Below, piece by piece: positions 24,392 to 38,360 of a stretch of 64,000 nt of DNA. Source of the stretch: Octopus vulgaris (Eukaryota); assembly GCA_951406725.2 (NCBI GenBank), contig OX597825.1:79484001-79548000 (forward strand). The letters run 5' to 3'. Numbering within the stretch: position 1 is the stretch's first letter; every line of letters begins with the position of its first letter. The translations under genes and the position numbers were made by a program. A model generated the notes under the pieces. It saw only the letters and a list, made by a program, of their open reading frames with translations, was not told where the DNA came from and ran no database searches.

Positions 24392-27300
24392 GTTAGTAAA
24401 TAGTTTTCAATTTTTCTTACAATTTTATCCTTTTTTTTTACAAAGATTTTTTCTATCCAAAGAGGTTTTTAACCTAATATTTATTCTTTAACTGCTTCAA
24501 GATTCACTGTTCCAGAAAAGGATTATTTCCTTATGGTCATTTTTGATTTTTAGATCGCAAATAAAAAAACCATCTCCAACTATTTTTTTTTTGTGGTTTT
24601 TAGAAGGAAACCTTCCTATAATTATGAAATACAATTTTTCTTACCTTTCCCAGATTTCTCTGTTAATATCTCTCATCCTTCATGTTGTTCTGTCTATATT
24701 CTTTACAGGAAACTTCTAACACTTTCTGCTATTTCAATGCATTCAAAACACACACAGTTCTATGTTCATATGCAGCTATTACATTCCATATTCAAAGAGT
24801 GAGAGATTATCTGTTCTTATGTTAGAGCTTCATTTAAGTAAAAGGTTTCTAATCCGTGTATTATCATAAAAAAATGTATAGCTATATACTTCCATGAAAT
24901 ACTATAAACATTAGAATTATTACCTTCATCATCCTTGTCATCATTATCTGTCCGGTTTCCACACTGGTTTGGTCTGAGTAGGTTATCATGGCCCAAATTA
25001 GTTTTATAAAGTTATTACACCCCACCTAGATCTGTCAGGAACCACATCTTGCCCATATGTTCCATTTCTGGCAGTGTTTCTATGGCTAGATGTTAATCCT
25101 AACATCAACCACTTTACAGAGAGTAGAGGGTGTATTTTATTGTGGCACCATTACCAGAGAGGTTGTCATGTTTTCTGCACAGCTAAAGAATCCTCTCCAC
25201 TTTATGTTATGATTTTTGTTTATTCAACAACTACTTTATAGAGTGGACTAGTGAAGTTGCTTTGTATCTTGCCTGGTGACACTTCTGTTCCTGTAGGGTT
25301 TATCTTGAATCATCAGTGCTCTTCAATAGCCTTGCCAGTCCAGATTAGGGATTTCTGGAAGTTAACCATGTTAGTCTCTAGCCTGAAAGTCCTCTGAAAT
25401 TGATCAGCTCGTTTGACCTTGTCAATGCCTAGAATTTTCCTAAGAATGTCATTGCTCTTATCCACCTTAAAATCACTATATATTGCTAACATGGACCTTC
25501 TGCTGACCACATTACCCGACTGATAGAGGGTGGTGTGGGCCTGATGGTATTCCAGATGCTTAAAATGATTTCTTACACAAGTACAAGCATTATTAATTTG
25601 AGGATGGGTCGTAGTTGATTAATTTACTGGTACTTTATCAAGGCTTCTTCTACATGGTTGCTTGATCTGCTGGAAATAGTAACCAAATTTCCCCAGATTA
25701 CAACTCAGTCTTAACTATATTAGCTAACAGCTAATGTTCACTTGGCATATGGTGGCAATGGAAATTTGCTACTGATGAAGCTACAAAAACCCCAGAAATC
25801 TGGATCTAACAATGCCATTATTGCTGCTGAGTGATCTTCTCTTGCAGCTGATATATTTCTGTATCTTTAACTCTATACATCTGTAAGAGATGCTTTCTTG
25901 AGACAAATATTGGAGTTATGCAGGCTTTCAACAGTATGTATGCTTTAAGTATGCTATACAGGTTGCTGATTTGAACTAATACTGCTTCCTTTGCTGATAA
26001 TGAAAAAATTAACTCATAAATTGTGTAATGCAGTCTAACACTAAATTGTGTTGGTGGTCATGGTTGAAATCGTTTTTGATTATGGATCTGCTTGATTCAG
26101 AGCTGACCTGAGGAACTAAACAACAATATAAATGGTTATTTCATTCTATTAACCCAGGAAGGATGAAAGGCAAGAGTCACCCTTGGTAGGATTTGAACTC
26201 AAAATTTCCTAAAAGTTCTATTTCCATGCTTTTTGGATGAAAGCAGACATGTTTGCAAAATGATCATTCTATCTCTATGTTTACTACAATGAAGAGATAA
26301 CTTTAATGATAATAATAATGATGATTTAGGTACAAGGCCTCTGAGAGAAGGGTTTTAGTCAATGGCATAGACCCCAATATTTGACTGGTACTGCATTTTA
26401 TCATTCCTGAAAGGATAATAGACCAAGTTGAATTAAAGAACTGGAAGAGATGCTGTTAAGAATTTTTGTGTGGCATGTTGTTCTGACATGTTGTTACCCA
26501 CATTTTAATAAATTCGTTAGAGAAAAGCACCCCACATTCCACTCCCAGCTTTCAGTGAGGACTTTACCAAAGAGTAAAATGTCTTCAGTCTTTTCAGTGT
26601 CATCCATCATTCAACCACTTTTGCCTTAGCCACCTTTTATAGCAGACCAACTAAAAACAATTTTTTAAATAAAAAAATTTAAAAAATTAAAAATTAAAAA
26701 AAATATGGGTCTGTTGTTCTTTTTCTGTCTCAAATTGGCATATGTAATGTCTCTGATATCATTAACTTAACTCATTTGTTGATATTTTTCTGTTGAAATA
26801 CTCTGCCTTTCTTTCAATTAATTTTCATATTAACAAAAAAAAAATTGGTAAAATAACTTTGTCACTATTAAGCTGGTGTTTAGAACATAAATTAACATAC
26901 AATTTTGATGGAAGGTTTTAATTTAGAACATATTAAAACAGGAAGGTTTCTATCATAGAACCAGGGATGGTCTTAAATAGGTTTTATCATCAACACACTG
27001 TTTTGTGATTCCGTTTCCATGTCACTAGTTTTGACTTCCTTCTTAAGCTAACACGACACTGTTTAATGTAAGGCAATGATGTTATCACTCACAAAAACCT
27101 ATTTTCACTGTAAACACCTAATTCTTTGTATTTACAGTTTCGAAAACAATTCTATTTCAAAGTCCATACATATTCAACGGTAAATATAGCAAAATGCTTA
27201 TCAAGCTGGCATGACTTCTTTGCCAAGAACATTATAATAATGTTTGGCTTCCAAAGCCTTCTGCTGATGCAAATTCATTCATCACAGTTCTTTTGTTGTT

Positions 27301-27453
27301 TGAAGGTTTGGCAGTGTTAAGAGAAATGGTGTTTTATAGTGTGAATGTATGTATATGTGAGGATGGGAGAGAGGAATATTGTCCACTTTTTAAGCCCTGT
27401 ACCACCGGATGTCTTACGAAAACTAAAAGTGTGAAATAAATCTGTATCTTTAA

Positions 27454-27674
27454 CCCTTTCGTTACCGTATTTCTTTTGAGATGCTCTGTGTTTCTTTCAA
27501 TTCATCTTAAATATAACAAAGAATTTAGTAAGATAACTTAGTTATCATTAAGCTAGTGTTAGGAACATAAATTGTGACAAAGTTTTGGTGGAAGATTTTA
27601 ATTCAAAACTTATGAAAACAAGACATTTGTACTCAGAGCCAGAGCTGGATTCAGCCAGGTTGGTATCGAAAGGG
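27454..27674. mobile_element. piggyBac-type MITE
   Basis: TTAA|CCCTTTCGTTACC ... GGTATCGAAAGGG|TTAA: TTAA duplication with CCC/GGG termini. Confidence 0.85.
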
Positions 27675-27974
27675 TTAAAGATTTAATGTGAATTGTAAGA
27701 ATGGCATCACTAAAATTATTGTGCATGATGTCGCTTTTAAAGTCTCATCAGTCTAAATTAATCATTTGTGTTGGTCGTTAAATTACCGTTTTTTGATTTA
27801 AGAATAATGTCTCAGATTTTTTGGTAATATAGTGAAAATGAGAGGTTGTGACATTCATACCTTTCCCTTATGTATTCTCAGCATATGCGTTATGTTCTGT
27901 GTTTTGTCGTTGATCCTTGGATTTGGTTTATTGTTGTTAAGAAATCAATAATTTGAATATATACCCATACCATA

Positions 27975-28180
27975 GTGACCATCACCACATAATTTACCTC
28001 TGGTCAGTTATCTATACTGACCACCACCACCACCCCGACAATTTACCTCTGGTCAGTTATACTAGATATCTATACTGACCACCACCACCACCCCGACAAT
28101 TTACCTCTGGCCAGTTTATACAAAATATACACCAATACCACAGTGACCACCCCAACATAGTTTCTCCACTGGTCAGTTAT
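27975..28180 (+). repeat. ~55-bp tandem repeat (3-4 copies)
   Basis: tgaccaccacc..aatttacctctggtcagttat repeated. Confidence 0.8.
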
Positions 28181-29324
28181 ATTAAATGTTCTTCTTCTTC
28201 TTCGGGCAGCTTCAACCCAGATATTTCTCATCTCGTCGTGTCGTGTATCTCTGTCCTCCATTGGCTTTGGTAGGTCTTCAATTTCACGTGTGTCTGTGTG
28301 TCACCTCAATGTTGTCCATTTTCACGTTCTGAGTTCAAATTCCGCCGAGGTTGACTTTGCCTTTCATCCTTTTGGGGTTGATAAATTAAGTACCAGTGAA
28401 ACACTGGGGTTGACATAATCAACTGGTCCCCTCACCTAAAATTTCAGACCTTGTGCCTTTAGTAGAAAGGGTTATTATTATTATTATTATTATTGAGGCA
28501 GCAAGTTGGCAGAATTGTTAGCATGCTGGGCAAAATGCTTAGCAGTATTTTGTCTGTCTTCATGTTCTGAGTTCAAATGCTGCCGGGGTCGACTTTGCCT
28601 TTCAACCTTTTGGAGTCGATAAATTAAGTACCAGTTGCAGACTGGGGTCGATGTGATTGACTGGTCCCCTCCCCCCAAATTTCAGGCCTTGTGCCTCTAG
28701 TAGTAAAGATTATTATCATTATGGCTGTGACCTAGCAGGATTGTTAGTGTCTGATAAAATATTTTGTAGTTCTTAGTTAAACTTCTTTACATTGAGTTCA
28801 GAACTTGCCAAGGTCAACTTAGCATTCGATCCTTTTGGAGGAGCCCATACTATAAAGTAGTAGTCAAGTACTGGGGTTGATCTAAGTGACCCCACACCAC
28901 CTTCCAAAATTTTCAAACCCTGTGGTTGGTGCTAGCAATAATAATTTTATTGTAAGTTCTCTAACGATAGTGGATAAGAGACTGCTAATGAGCAAAACAA
29001 TGGTCCCTCTTTGCAGATACACAACTTACTGAAAACAACAGTCAAATATCCCTCAAGTTGTATGCTTTACTGTTGGACAGTGTAATCTTTCATATATCAG
29101 ATGTGGTGTTCAGGGAAAGACTGTCTTTGATCACAAGTTTGTTTGGTTTGAGGGCTCTGCAACCAACTGATTGGGGGGCACTGTCCACTTTGCATGTTAA
29201 TGGTGGAAATCCTTATTTTAAATTCTGTAAAAGGGTGACAGGAGAGCAGATGGTTATTATTGTGTAACCCCTCAAAATGAGCCCTCATCAATTCGAACTG
29301 TAGTACACAGGTAGATGATGTTGC

Positions 29325-29880
29325 TGTGTAGCCTTAGGTCAGTCCTGATCCAGCAAGATAATTATCATTGTTGTTGTTGTTTGTTGTATAGCCCCAGGTC
29401 AATCCTGATCCACTTGTCCTGTGGCACACAGGTTTTATTGTTGTAGTGTAGCCCCAGGTATGTTCCTGATCTAGCAAGTTAGTTGTTGTTGTATAACCCT
29501 CGGTCAGTCATGATCCATTGATCCTCTATGTCAGGTAGTTCTCGTGTAGCCCTAGGTCAGTCCTGATCCAGCAAGATAATTATTGTTGTTGTTGTTTGTT
29601 GTATAGCCCTAGGTCAATCCTGATCCACTTGTCCTGTGGCACACAGATTTTGTTGTTGTAGTGTAGCCCCAGGTAAGTTCCTGATCTAGCAAGGTAGTTG
29701 TTGTTGTATAACCCTCGGTCAGTCATGATCCATTGATCCTCTATGTCAGGTAGTTCTCGTGTAGACCCAGGTCTGTCCTGATCCAGCAATCCTACGACAC
29801 ACAAGTCATTGGTTTTATTGTTGTGTAGCTCCAGGTCAGTGTATTGTGTGTTTGTGTTGTTGTTTCAGTCTCCGGTCAGC
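29325..29880 (+). repeat. Minisatellite with ~55-bp monomers organised as a ~217-bp higher-order repeat
   Basis: ggtcagtcctgatccagcaa recurs at 29337, 29555 and 29770 (one mismatch). Four related monomers per unit. Confidence 0.85.
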
Positions 29881-30671
29881 TGTGGCTGAGCTGAGCCATA
29901 ATCACAAGGCAATCCAACCGTGGTAACTCCATCTTTACTTTTTCTTTGTTTCAGGAATAACGTACATTATACTATCCTATCCGACTTCCCTCTTCCTCAC
30001 CACCCCCCCCCCATGGATGGGAAAATGTGGTTTTTTGAAGATTTTGATGCAATTTTTGAGATGCTCTGAATATCTTCTCTCTATTATGTGGATATTATGT
30101 GTGTGTGTGTTGTGGATGCAGTTATGGTTGAGTGATTAAGGAACTCATTTCAGAACCAGGTTTGGAGATCAAGCCTACAGCATGGTCGATGTCTTGGGCA
30201 AGTGTTTCTTTTTTTTTCTTTTTTTTTTCTTACAAACATTGGATTGACTCAAAACTTGTGTGAAATCGGATTGACAGAGATTGTGTAGAAGCCTGTTGTA
30301 CAGTTGTATACACATAATTCGAAATTCCAGCCTTGTCTCTTGTGTTATGTATACTCTACCTGAAAATTTTATCTGTGGAATACTCAGCCACATATATGTC
30401 AGTGATGGAAGTAATACCAATAGTAATACCAAATGGCAATCTTTATCTCCTACTCAATGTGAATGTCGTGTTAGGCTGTTAACTACTGTGGTATTTGCCT
30501 TGAGAGACCCTCTCTTGCAGATGCACTGTACTAAGATCATAGACATAGAGTGTTAGCAGATGAGAACCATCTGGTATGGGCATTGGAACTGACAGATCAC
30601 ATAATTTCAGTGCACTGTGCTTCTTCAGTGGCAGTTGGCCACTTGCCAAATCTTATTGTAAATGATATATA

Positions 30672-30960
30672 TCACCGTGACCGACCAGGCTATCAGATGT
30701 TGCTACACATCGATGGTCACAATGTGCTTTGCATTGTTTTAGCCATCAAGTGATGCCACTCTGCTGGCTAAGCAAGCAGACCAACAGAAGAAAGTTGTGG
30801 CGAAAGAGTACAGCAGGAATCACCACCATCCCCTGCCAGAGCCTCGTGGAGCTTTAGGTGTTTTCACTCAATGAACACTCACAACGCCCGATCTGGGAAT
30901 TGAAACCGTGATCCTACAACCACAAGTCCGCTGCCCTAACCACTGGGCCATTGTGCCTCT
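30672..30960 (-). mobile_element. tRNA-derived SINE family D
   Basis: Minus strand tggcccagtggttagggcagcggact...ggtttcaattccc. The 3' part is shared with 4012-4122(+). Confidence 0.8.
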
Positions 30961-33337
30961 ACAAATGATATATATATATATATAGAATATCAATGACTTT
31001 TCAGTCACTGATGTTGCAAGCAGCCAAAAGGCTTATTAAAAAATAAATATTACTGGTAGAAGTAGTATTAATACAGAATGGTGATTTTTTAATATCCAAT
31101 TTAATGTGGATGTATTGTCAGAATACTGAATACTGCAGTGTTAGGTATTCTAATAATACATTCATATTGAGCAAGATACAAAGATTGCCTTTTGGTATTC
31201 GTACATATAAATCAATTTGGTAAGTAGCTGGGTTAATTGGTTGAAGAACTGAATTCTTATGACTTCAACAATTTTCATATATATATATGTATGTATGTAT
31301 GTATGTATATCTATCTAGATAAGTCTACAGTCTTGTCTAGATAGATATAGTGAGTGTGAGTTTAGAGTGCTAGACTTTGGGGAGAATGGTTGTGATTTCT
31401 ATACTTTATTGCAGTGCTGTTGCTATACTGTATTTTGGCTTGCCTCAGTCTGCTTGGCTGACAAACAGGTCCTGCTTCATCACCAATAAAAGCTGAGTGA
31501 GAAGGAAATAATAAAAAGAAGCAAACCATTTTACTTCTCTTTATCAATCTATGATCAATATTGAATATTTAGAGTTTTTCCCTTCTGATTTGATAAATGA
31601 ATTGAAATGTATTTTTTTCTTCTTTTTTTTTTTTGTCTTGTTTTATTTTCACCATATTTTCTGACATACAAGTTGACAAAGTATATTGTGTAAACTTACA
31701 ATGTAAACATTCTTCATTATCTTTCCAAAAACTTAAATATCTCTAAGTCAAGTGCAGAGGGGACAAAAATATTTTAAAAAATGGGCAGGAGGGAAGTTGC
31801 AGAAAGTTGGCATCATGAAAAAGAAGAAGGATCTTGGGAAAAGTGGTTAGTGAAGGGCTCTGTAGCAAGTGGTGTCTTTATGGGATAAATACTGTTTGAG
31901 CAAGGATAAGAGAACAAGGCTTTGCTGATGAGGTCATAATAAGACTGGAACCTGTCTTGTGTTGTCTACTGTACATGTTGACATGATTTAAAAACAATGC
32001 TCCATATGTTAAATATATTAATACTAATTTCCTTCCTTGGACCCTCAACTCCTGATGTTGTAGGGACATTACCACGAAAGAATGTATGTCTAGGGTAGTT
32101 TGAAACTCCCTAGATTTGAATACGACTGTTCTCTTCTTTGCCTTCTTAGAAAGAAGAATTGACTTCAGCATTGGACTAAAACATGATAGAAGGAAATGTT
32201 GACGTAGTCAAGGGTTGAACTTGAAGCTCAGAGGAATACTGCAAGGCATTTTATTTGATGTTCCACCACCACCACCATTTAGCACTAACATAGCGAAACT
32301 TTGAGTGTTTTCTGTTCTCTATATTAGACACTAAGTGAAGATATGTATCTGAGGAAGGAGTACAGGGGACTGGAACATGTGTTCTGGTGTATTAGGTGTT
32401 ACTGTTGTTAGTTTAAGTTTGTTTTATAAAATTTGGTTGAGAAAGGATCACACCCATGACTTATTGGTGAAGGGCCTCTAAGATTATTAGGGAGAAAGAC
32501 TGCAATATAGAGGACTCAGCTAAAAGCACCCAAGAGGCAGTTGGTAGACGTTAACTGGGTGACATAGCTGTCAAATTTCTCCTCAAATCATATCTTACTG
32601 TATTTACAAAAGAAAAAGAGCTTTTAAGTAACACTGTTCTCGGTGCAGTTTCTTTACACCATACTTCAAAAACGAAGTACTAGGACTGGTTTGTTCAACT
32701 AAAACCCTTCAAGGTGGAGCTCCATTATGGCTGAAGTCCAATGACTGAAACAAGTAAAAGATAAAAAACAGTAAGCTACAAGGAGGATGCATATTTATTT
32801 TCACTAAAAAGCAGAATTATTCTTTTATTCTTTTACTGGTTTTAGCCAGAGCCTGGGGCCATGCTGGAGAAATGATTTTTTTTTAATGTGAGACAGTATT
32901 ATCTAACTTGCCTTTTTTTCCCTAAGATATAAGAGTGTGATTTTAGGGACATTTGGTTACTATTTCTAGCAGGTTGAGTAATCACATTGAACGTGATTTG
33001 TGAGTGGGAGCTGAAGTTAAGGAAATGCAAATAATACAGCCAGAGTTGTCTCCCATGTTTGCTGTTTAACGGAGGAAATGAAAACTAAAGTACTTTGTTA
33101 GTCATCAAGTGTTATCCTTTTTCTTTTCTTTTTCTTTTCTCACCCACGTGTTTTTTTTTTTCTTCCAGTTTTTGAGTAAAATATTATTTCATTAATACAC
33201 ATCAACACCCACTGACCTATATCTAATGCCTTAGCTCTTATATTCACTCGTGGTGTTTCCTTTAATCTTCAGTTTATCAGGAAACAATATATGACCCGGG
33301 GCAATGATATTCGACTTTGCTGAGTGATATAAAGATA

Positions 33338-33370
33338 TTCATCATCATCACCATCACCATCATCATCATC

Positions 33371-33402
<32 letters not shown>

Positions 33403-33502
33403 TATCATCACCATCACCATCACCACCATCATCATCATCTTCACCGTCATCATCGTCATCACCATCATCTTCACCATCACCATCATCATCATCATCATCA
33501 TC
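33338..33502. repeat. (CAT/CAC)n trinucleotide tract
   Basis: Directly visible. (TAT)n tracts also occur at 1575-1693, 19820-19890 and 20270-20490. Confidence 0.95.
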
Positions 33503-34049
33503 GTTCTGCATGATTTTATGCCAGCATATTGAGTAAAATGAAATTTCTGTTTTTATATCTAAAGAGGAGTGGTAGCGAATATAATGTTTATATTTCATGT
33601 GACATTTAGATTTTATAAAATCAAAGAAGAAAAAACCCCCTTGTAATGCTTATGTTTGATTTACTAATTTGCAAAGTGTGTGTGTGTGTGTGACTATCAT
33701 TTCTAACAGTAATTGAAATGAATGAATCTGGTTTTCTCATTAACTGCCTTGTCATTAATGATGTCATTATATCGAAATAAAATTAATTCTTATTAATTTT
33801 TTTTTTTTGCATAATATTTATCTTTCTTCTCCATGTTTTTTTTTTCATATTATTTTTCAGTCATTTACATTGTAAGTTCAAATGCTATTGAAGTTGATTT
33901 TTGCCTTTCAGCCCTCCAGGGCCAATGAAATAAGTATCAGTCAAATACTGGGGGGTCAATGTAATTGACCATCACTCTCTCCCTAAAACTGCTGGCCTTG
34001 TGCCAAAATTAGAATCTTCATCATCATCATTATTATTATTTTAATTATT

Positions 34050-34087
<38 letters not shown>

Positions 34088-34344
34088 GGTATTGAGCTGG
34101 CAGAATCGTTAGCACACTGGACAGAATACTAAACAGCAGTTCATCAGGGTTCTGAGTTCAAATTCCACAGAGGTTGACTCTGCTTTTTGTCATTTCAGGA
34201 TTGATGAAATAAGGACTGGTTGAACCCTGACATTGATGTCATCGACTAGTCCCTTCCCCTAAAATGTCAGGCCCTGTCCCTGTAATAGAAAGGACTGTCA
34301 TTGTCAGTTTTGTAAATCTCAGATACTTAGAAGCTAAATGGTCC

Positions 34345-35570
34345 AGACATTTCCATTAGAGAGCAGTCAACAAGAAGTTGACAATGGGTCCTTGTGCCTT
34401 ACATTCTCATGGCTTTCCTTAAAATCCTTGCTATACCAGAAGTGATGTCTTCTGTATAATTATTATTATTGAGTGAGTGAGAGAGCAGTGCATGCCATCA
34501 AAGTGACACTGGGGTAAAATATACGAAGCCCAGTATACCCATCATGGACTACCCGTCTGATAAGGGTACACCAGGCGCATACATCACAACCATATGTGCA
34601 TGATATAGTGATCTCTTATATCAAAATAAACACTGCATGACCCTTGCAGGTGGGGCCCAGTTAGAATTTTCTTCTGGTCAAGTAGCCCATCCTGCTCAAA
34701 AGGTCCCTAAATAAGGATTGTTTAAGGATGTTGAATGAAATACCCCTGTTTCCAAAGGTGAATTATTCAAACCCCAAAGAATCCCTCTCAACACATGGCT
34801 ATGATGCTCCCCCACTACTTTTGCTCATGATCAGAGATGCACATATCAGTCAGCCACCAAGGGACATGCTCAACTAGTTAAGGTCAAACAACTGACAAGC
34901 AAATCTGTGGTATTGAGCAGAATATTTGCTGTAGCCCATCTTTTATACCAACACAAAACAATGTACATGATAACACTGCCAATCAGTTAAGATCAGCAGC
35001 CATGATAGCCACTGCCTGGTACTGCATCTGGGCATATTATTATTATTATTATTATCATTGTTGTTATTATTATTATTATTATCATTGTTATTATTATTGT
35101 TAAGCAAATGCATGCAAATTTAATCAGCAGGTAATTTATCTTGAGTTTGATGACAATAAAGTCTCTTCAAATCTCAAGAATTTTTCTCCAGTTTCTTACA
35201 GAATATAAGATGGTACTTTTCAGCAGGTTGACAGTGAAAGTTTCAGTTCCATTTTCTTTCTGTCTTTCAGATGGCATTTTGGGTATTGTGCCAGATGCAC
35301 TGTTGTTGATGTTGTTGTTGTTGTTGTTGTTATTATTATTATTATTGTTATTATTGTTGTTGTTGTTGTTGTTGTTATTATTATTCAGTAGTTCTATTTT
35401 TACATCTTGCTTTCACTTCACTTTACTTCCGAGCGCAGCTCTGGGTGCCTTGGGTATATGCTGTTGTTTGCTGTTAATCTCTTATGGTATTAAAAGTGTT
35501 TTGTGTAGGATGTGTGCAGTGCCCAGTAGTGCAATTTTCTGTATGTTGTATATATTTGTAAGTCCTGGTG
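34345..35570 (-). mobile_element. Cluster of three R4/Dong-like retrotransposon 3' ends plus a ~570-bp non-coding element within a (TTA)n array
   Basis: Minus-strand peptides IIQKTSLL/IARILRKAM* (34400-34460), GASGTIPK..LLKSTILYSVRNWRKILEI* (35155-35302) and TPGLTNIYNIQKIALLGTAHILHKTL (35490-35570), each bounded by TAA/TTA repeats. Confidence 0.7.
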
Positions 35571-35582
35571 TTGTTGTTGTTG

Positions 35583-35616
<34 letters not shown>

Positions 35617-37207
35617 CATTATTATTATTATTATTCACTGCATTTCAGAAAACCAGTATGCCAGAGTCCTTGAGTAAATTATTCAAAGTGGTATGTATAT
35701 AAATTTTTCTTTGTGGTATGTAAAAACTCAAGTTGAAAATAACACAAAACAACAGAAAAACAAAAAAAAATCCAACCATATTAACATTTGTCCATTCCTC
35801 AAGTTGGTTATTCTGTCATTATCAAACTGGTCTCTTATTGAAATATAGGGGGGGTGGTGTTATTGTTGTTGTTCTGTAACTCTCATGAAGTTGCATGGCT
35901 CAGCGGTTAGAGTGTTGTGAGGTTGTGAGTTCGATTCCTGGACTGGGCCATGTGTTGTGTTCTTGAGCAAGACTCTTTATTTCACGTTGCTCCAGTTCAC
36001 TCAGATGTAGAAATGAGTTGCAACATCAGTGGTGCCAAGCTGTATCATCTTTTACCATTCCCTTAGATAATATCAGGGCTGATGGATAAAGTGCCAGTCC
36101 ATTGTCGTGGATTGGAAGAATGGCTAGTGTTGGGTGCCAGTGTTTCACATTCTGAGTTCCAATTCCACCAGGGTACAAGGGGTCAGAGCTATTAATCATC
36201 TGATCATGAGAGTACCCTGTCCAAAATACAACTAGCCAAGCATGGATAGGTGGGCCTATAACCTAAACAGATCAGTTTGCAATGGCATGTGGAGGCTTTC
36301 ATCCAGTTATGGATAAGCAATAACTGAATAGAAGTACAATATCATCAAATATTTTTGTTTTTTAAGCTGGTGTGATTTGATAGAGATTTAGCTGTTACTT
36401 TTAGCATTTTGAATAACCATGTAGAAGCTCCCTCAATTGTGATTTTAAGTTCTTGAGGCAATAATAACAGAAGCAGGCACAGATGGTTTGGCTACAATAG
36501 TTGTTGTCACTCTATATAACACAGGTGATGTAGTGGTGTGCATTCTGATCCAGTGTAGTTGCATGATATGCTGTGTAGTAGTCTAGGGATGTGGTATATT
36601 CCTCATGACTCAGGAGTTTCCTGCTGTTCTTTAGCTTCAGGTCTGCTCTGATCAAGCAGACTTGTGAGGCTTTCCAGCCATAACTCTCCAGTCTGTTCAG
36701 ACATAGTTTATCTGAGGCTGCATTATCCAAAATGTCCTTTGTTTGTTATTTTCTTGAACAGTTACAGGTGACATGGGGGTGACTTAACTGTTATTTCTAG
36801 CATGTGTGTGAGCTTTTAAAGGTTCTCCCATTGGTTTTCTATAGTTCTGGCTGTTATTTCATCCCAGTCCAAACTTTGATGAAAAGCATTCCAGCCATGA
36901 CCATCTCGTCTTCTCAAACATAGTTTACCTCAAACTTCACTCACTGTCCAATATCTTCTTCTTGTTCTGGCAGAATGTGATTTGACTGAGGGATTTAGTT
37001 GCTATTTTTAGCATGGTGTGTGACCATATAGAAGCTTCCCCCCCTTGACTCTAGTCTTCACCTGAATGTTTTGGTGGTGACCACAGTGGAGGTGGCCACA
37101 GTTGGCATCATGATAATTACTATTTCCTCGGTTTTGCCTCTACTTAGTTGATTAGAAGACCATTTGATTGAAACCTTGGTTCGGATATGTATTTCTGTTT
37201 ACTTTAC

Positions 37208-37258
<51 letters not shown>

Positions 37259-37385
37259 GTGTAATAGACTCTACACACAACTAACACTGAGGTGTATTGA
37301 GCACTTCTATGCTTTTGTATCACACATACATTGAAACATGCGTAAGTGAATCTTTAGCTTTAAATGGTTAAATAAACTGAACGTG

Positions 37386-37429
<44 letters not shown>

Positions 37430-38360
37430 GATATGGATATATTGTATGTACAAAGGATTATGATCCAAACTATCCTCATCTTGTAATGAAACATATGTAA
37501 CTAAAGTACCATAAATTCTAGTCTTTGTTTTAATGTATATTTATAATTTATGCACACACGTACACATGATGTGTGTATGTATAAGAGAGTGATGGAGGGA
37601 AATAAAAGTGATGTTGCTGCAAGCCAGTGGTTCCCTGAAGATGAGACATGGTTTTTGTGCTTTGCCCTGAGCACGGATATTAAAATTTCATATTTAATAT
37701 AATGCGAAAAATACAAATTTAAAATTTTCATAGCTTCGTTTATTAAATGAATCTTGTTTTGAATAATTGTCTCAAGTTTAAAGTATTTATAATTATAGAC
37801 TAAAATATATGAAAGTATGTATAGGCTAAAAAAATATGAGTGAATGTATAGGCTAAAATATATGACATAATGTATAGGCTAAAATATATTATCCTCTTTT
37901 AGTGGTGTGTATAAAATGTGTCAAAAACTAATTTTTCTTGCTCTAAAGATGAATTGTAATTAAAAGAAATTAATTGGAGAACCATTAACAGAGACAAATG
38001 TGTATTTAACTTATTAATAAATATTAATTAATTAATTAAAATTAATTATAACCTTTTTACTAATCATTGTTTCTTTTCCTTCTTTCTTCTTCCTCCTCAC
38101 TTTTGCTTTTCTTTTCTTCCTCTCTTCCTTTCTTTCCTTCTTGCTTTCTTTTCTTTTCGCTTGTACCAATTTTCCTGAATGTTTGACTTGTCTTTCTTTT
38201 TCTTTGTTCTTTTTCTTTTTCACTTTTCTTTTTCTTATTCGCCTTTATCTATTTATATTTCTTTATTCTCCATCTTCATTCTTTTTTCCTCCTCCTCCTC
38301 CTCCTTCCTCCTTTGCCTCTCTCTCTCTCCTCCTCTTCTTTCTCACCCTCCTCTTCGCAG

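Noticed and set aside
29325-29880. Repeat-spacer appearance suggestive of a CRISPR array
   Set aside because: Spacers are themselves repeated, the context is a eukaryotic intron, and there are no cas genes.
31878-32171. 97-aa minus-strand ORF in non-simple sequence
   Set aside because: No recognisable domain or splice context. Probably a decayed repeat that I cannot classify.
33269-33598. Poly-Asp, poly-Met and poly-Ile ORFs
   Set aside because: Alternative frames of a (CAT)n tract. Poly-Leu/Ile ORFs at 1498-1796, 19803-20602 and 35141-35677 are (TAT)n artefacts.
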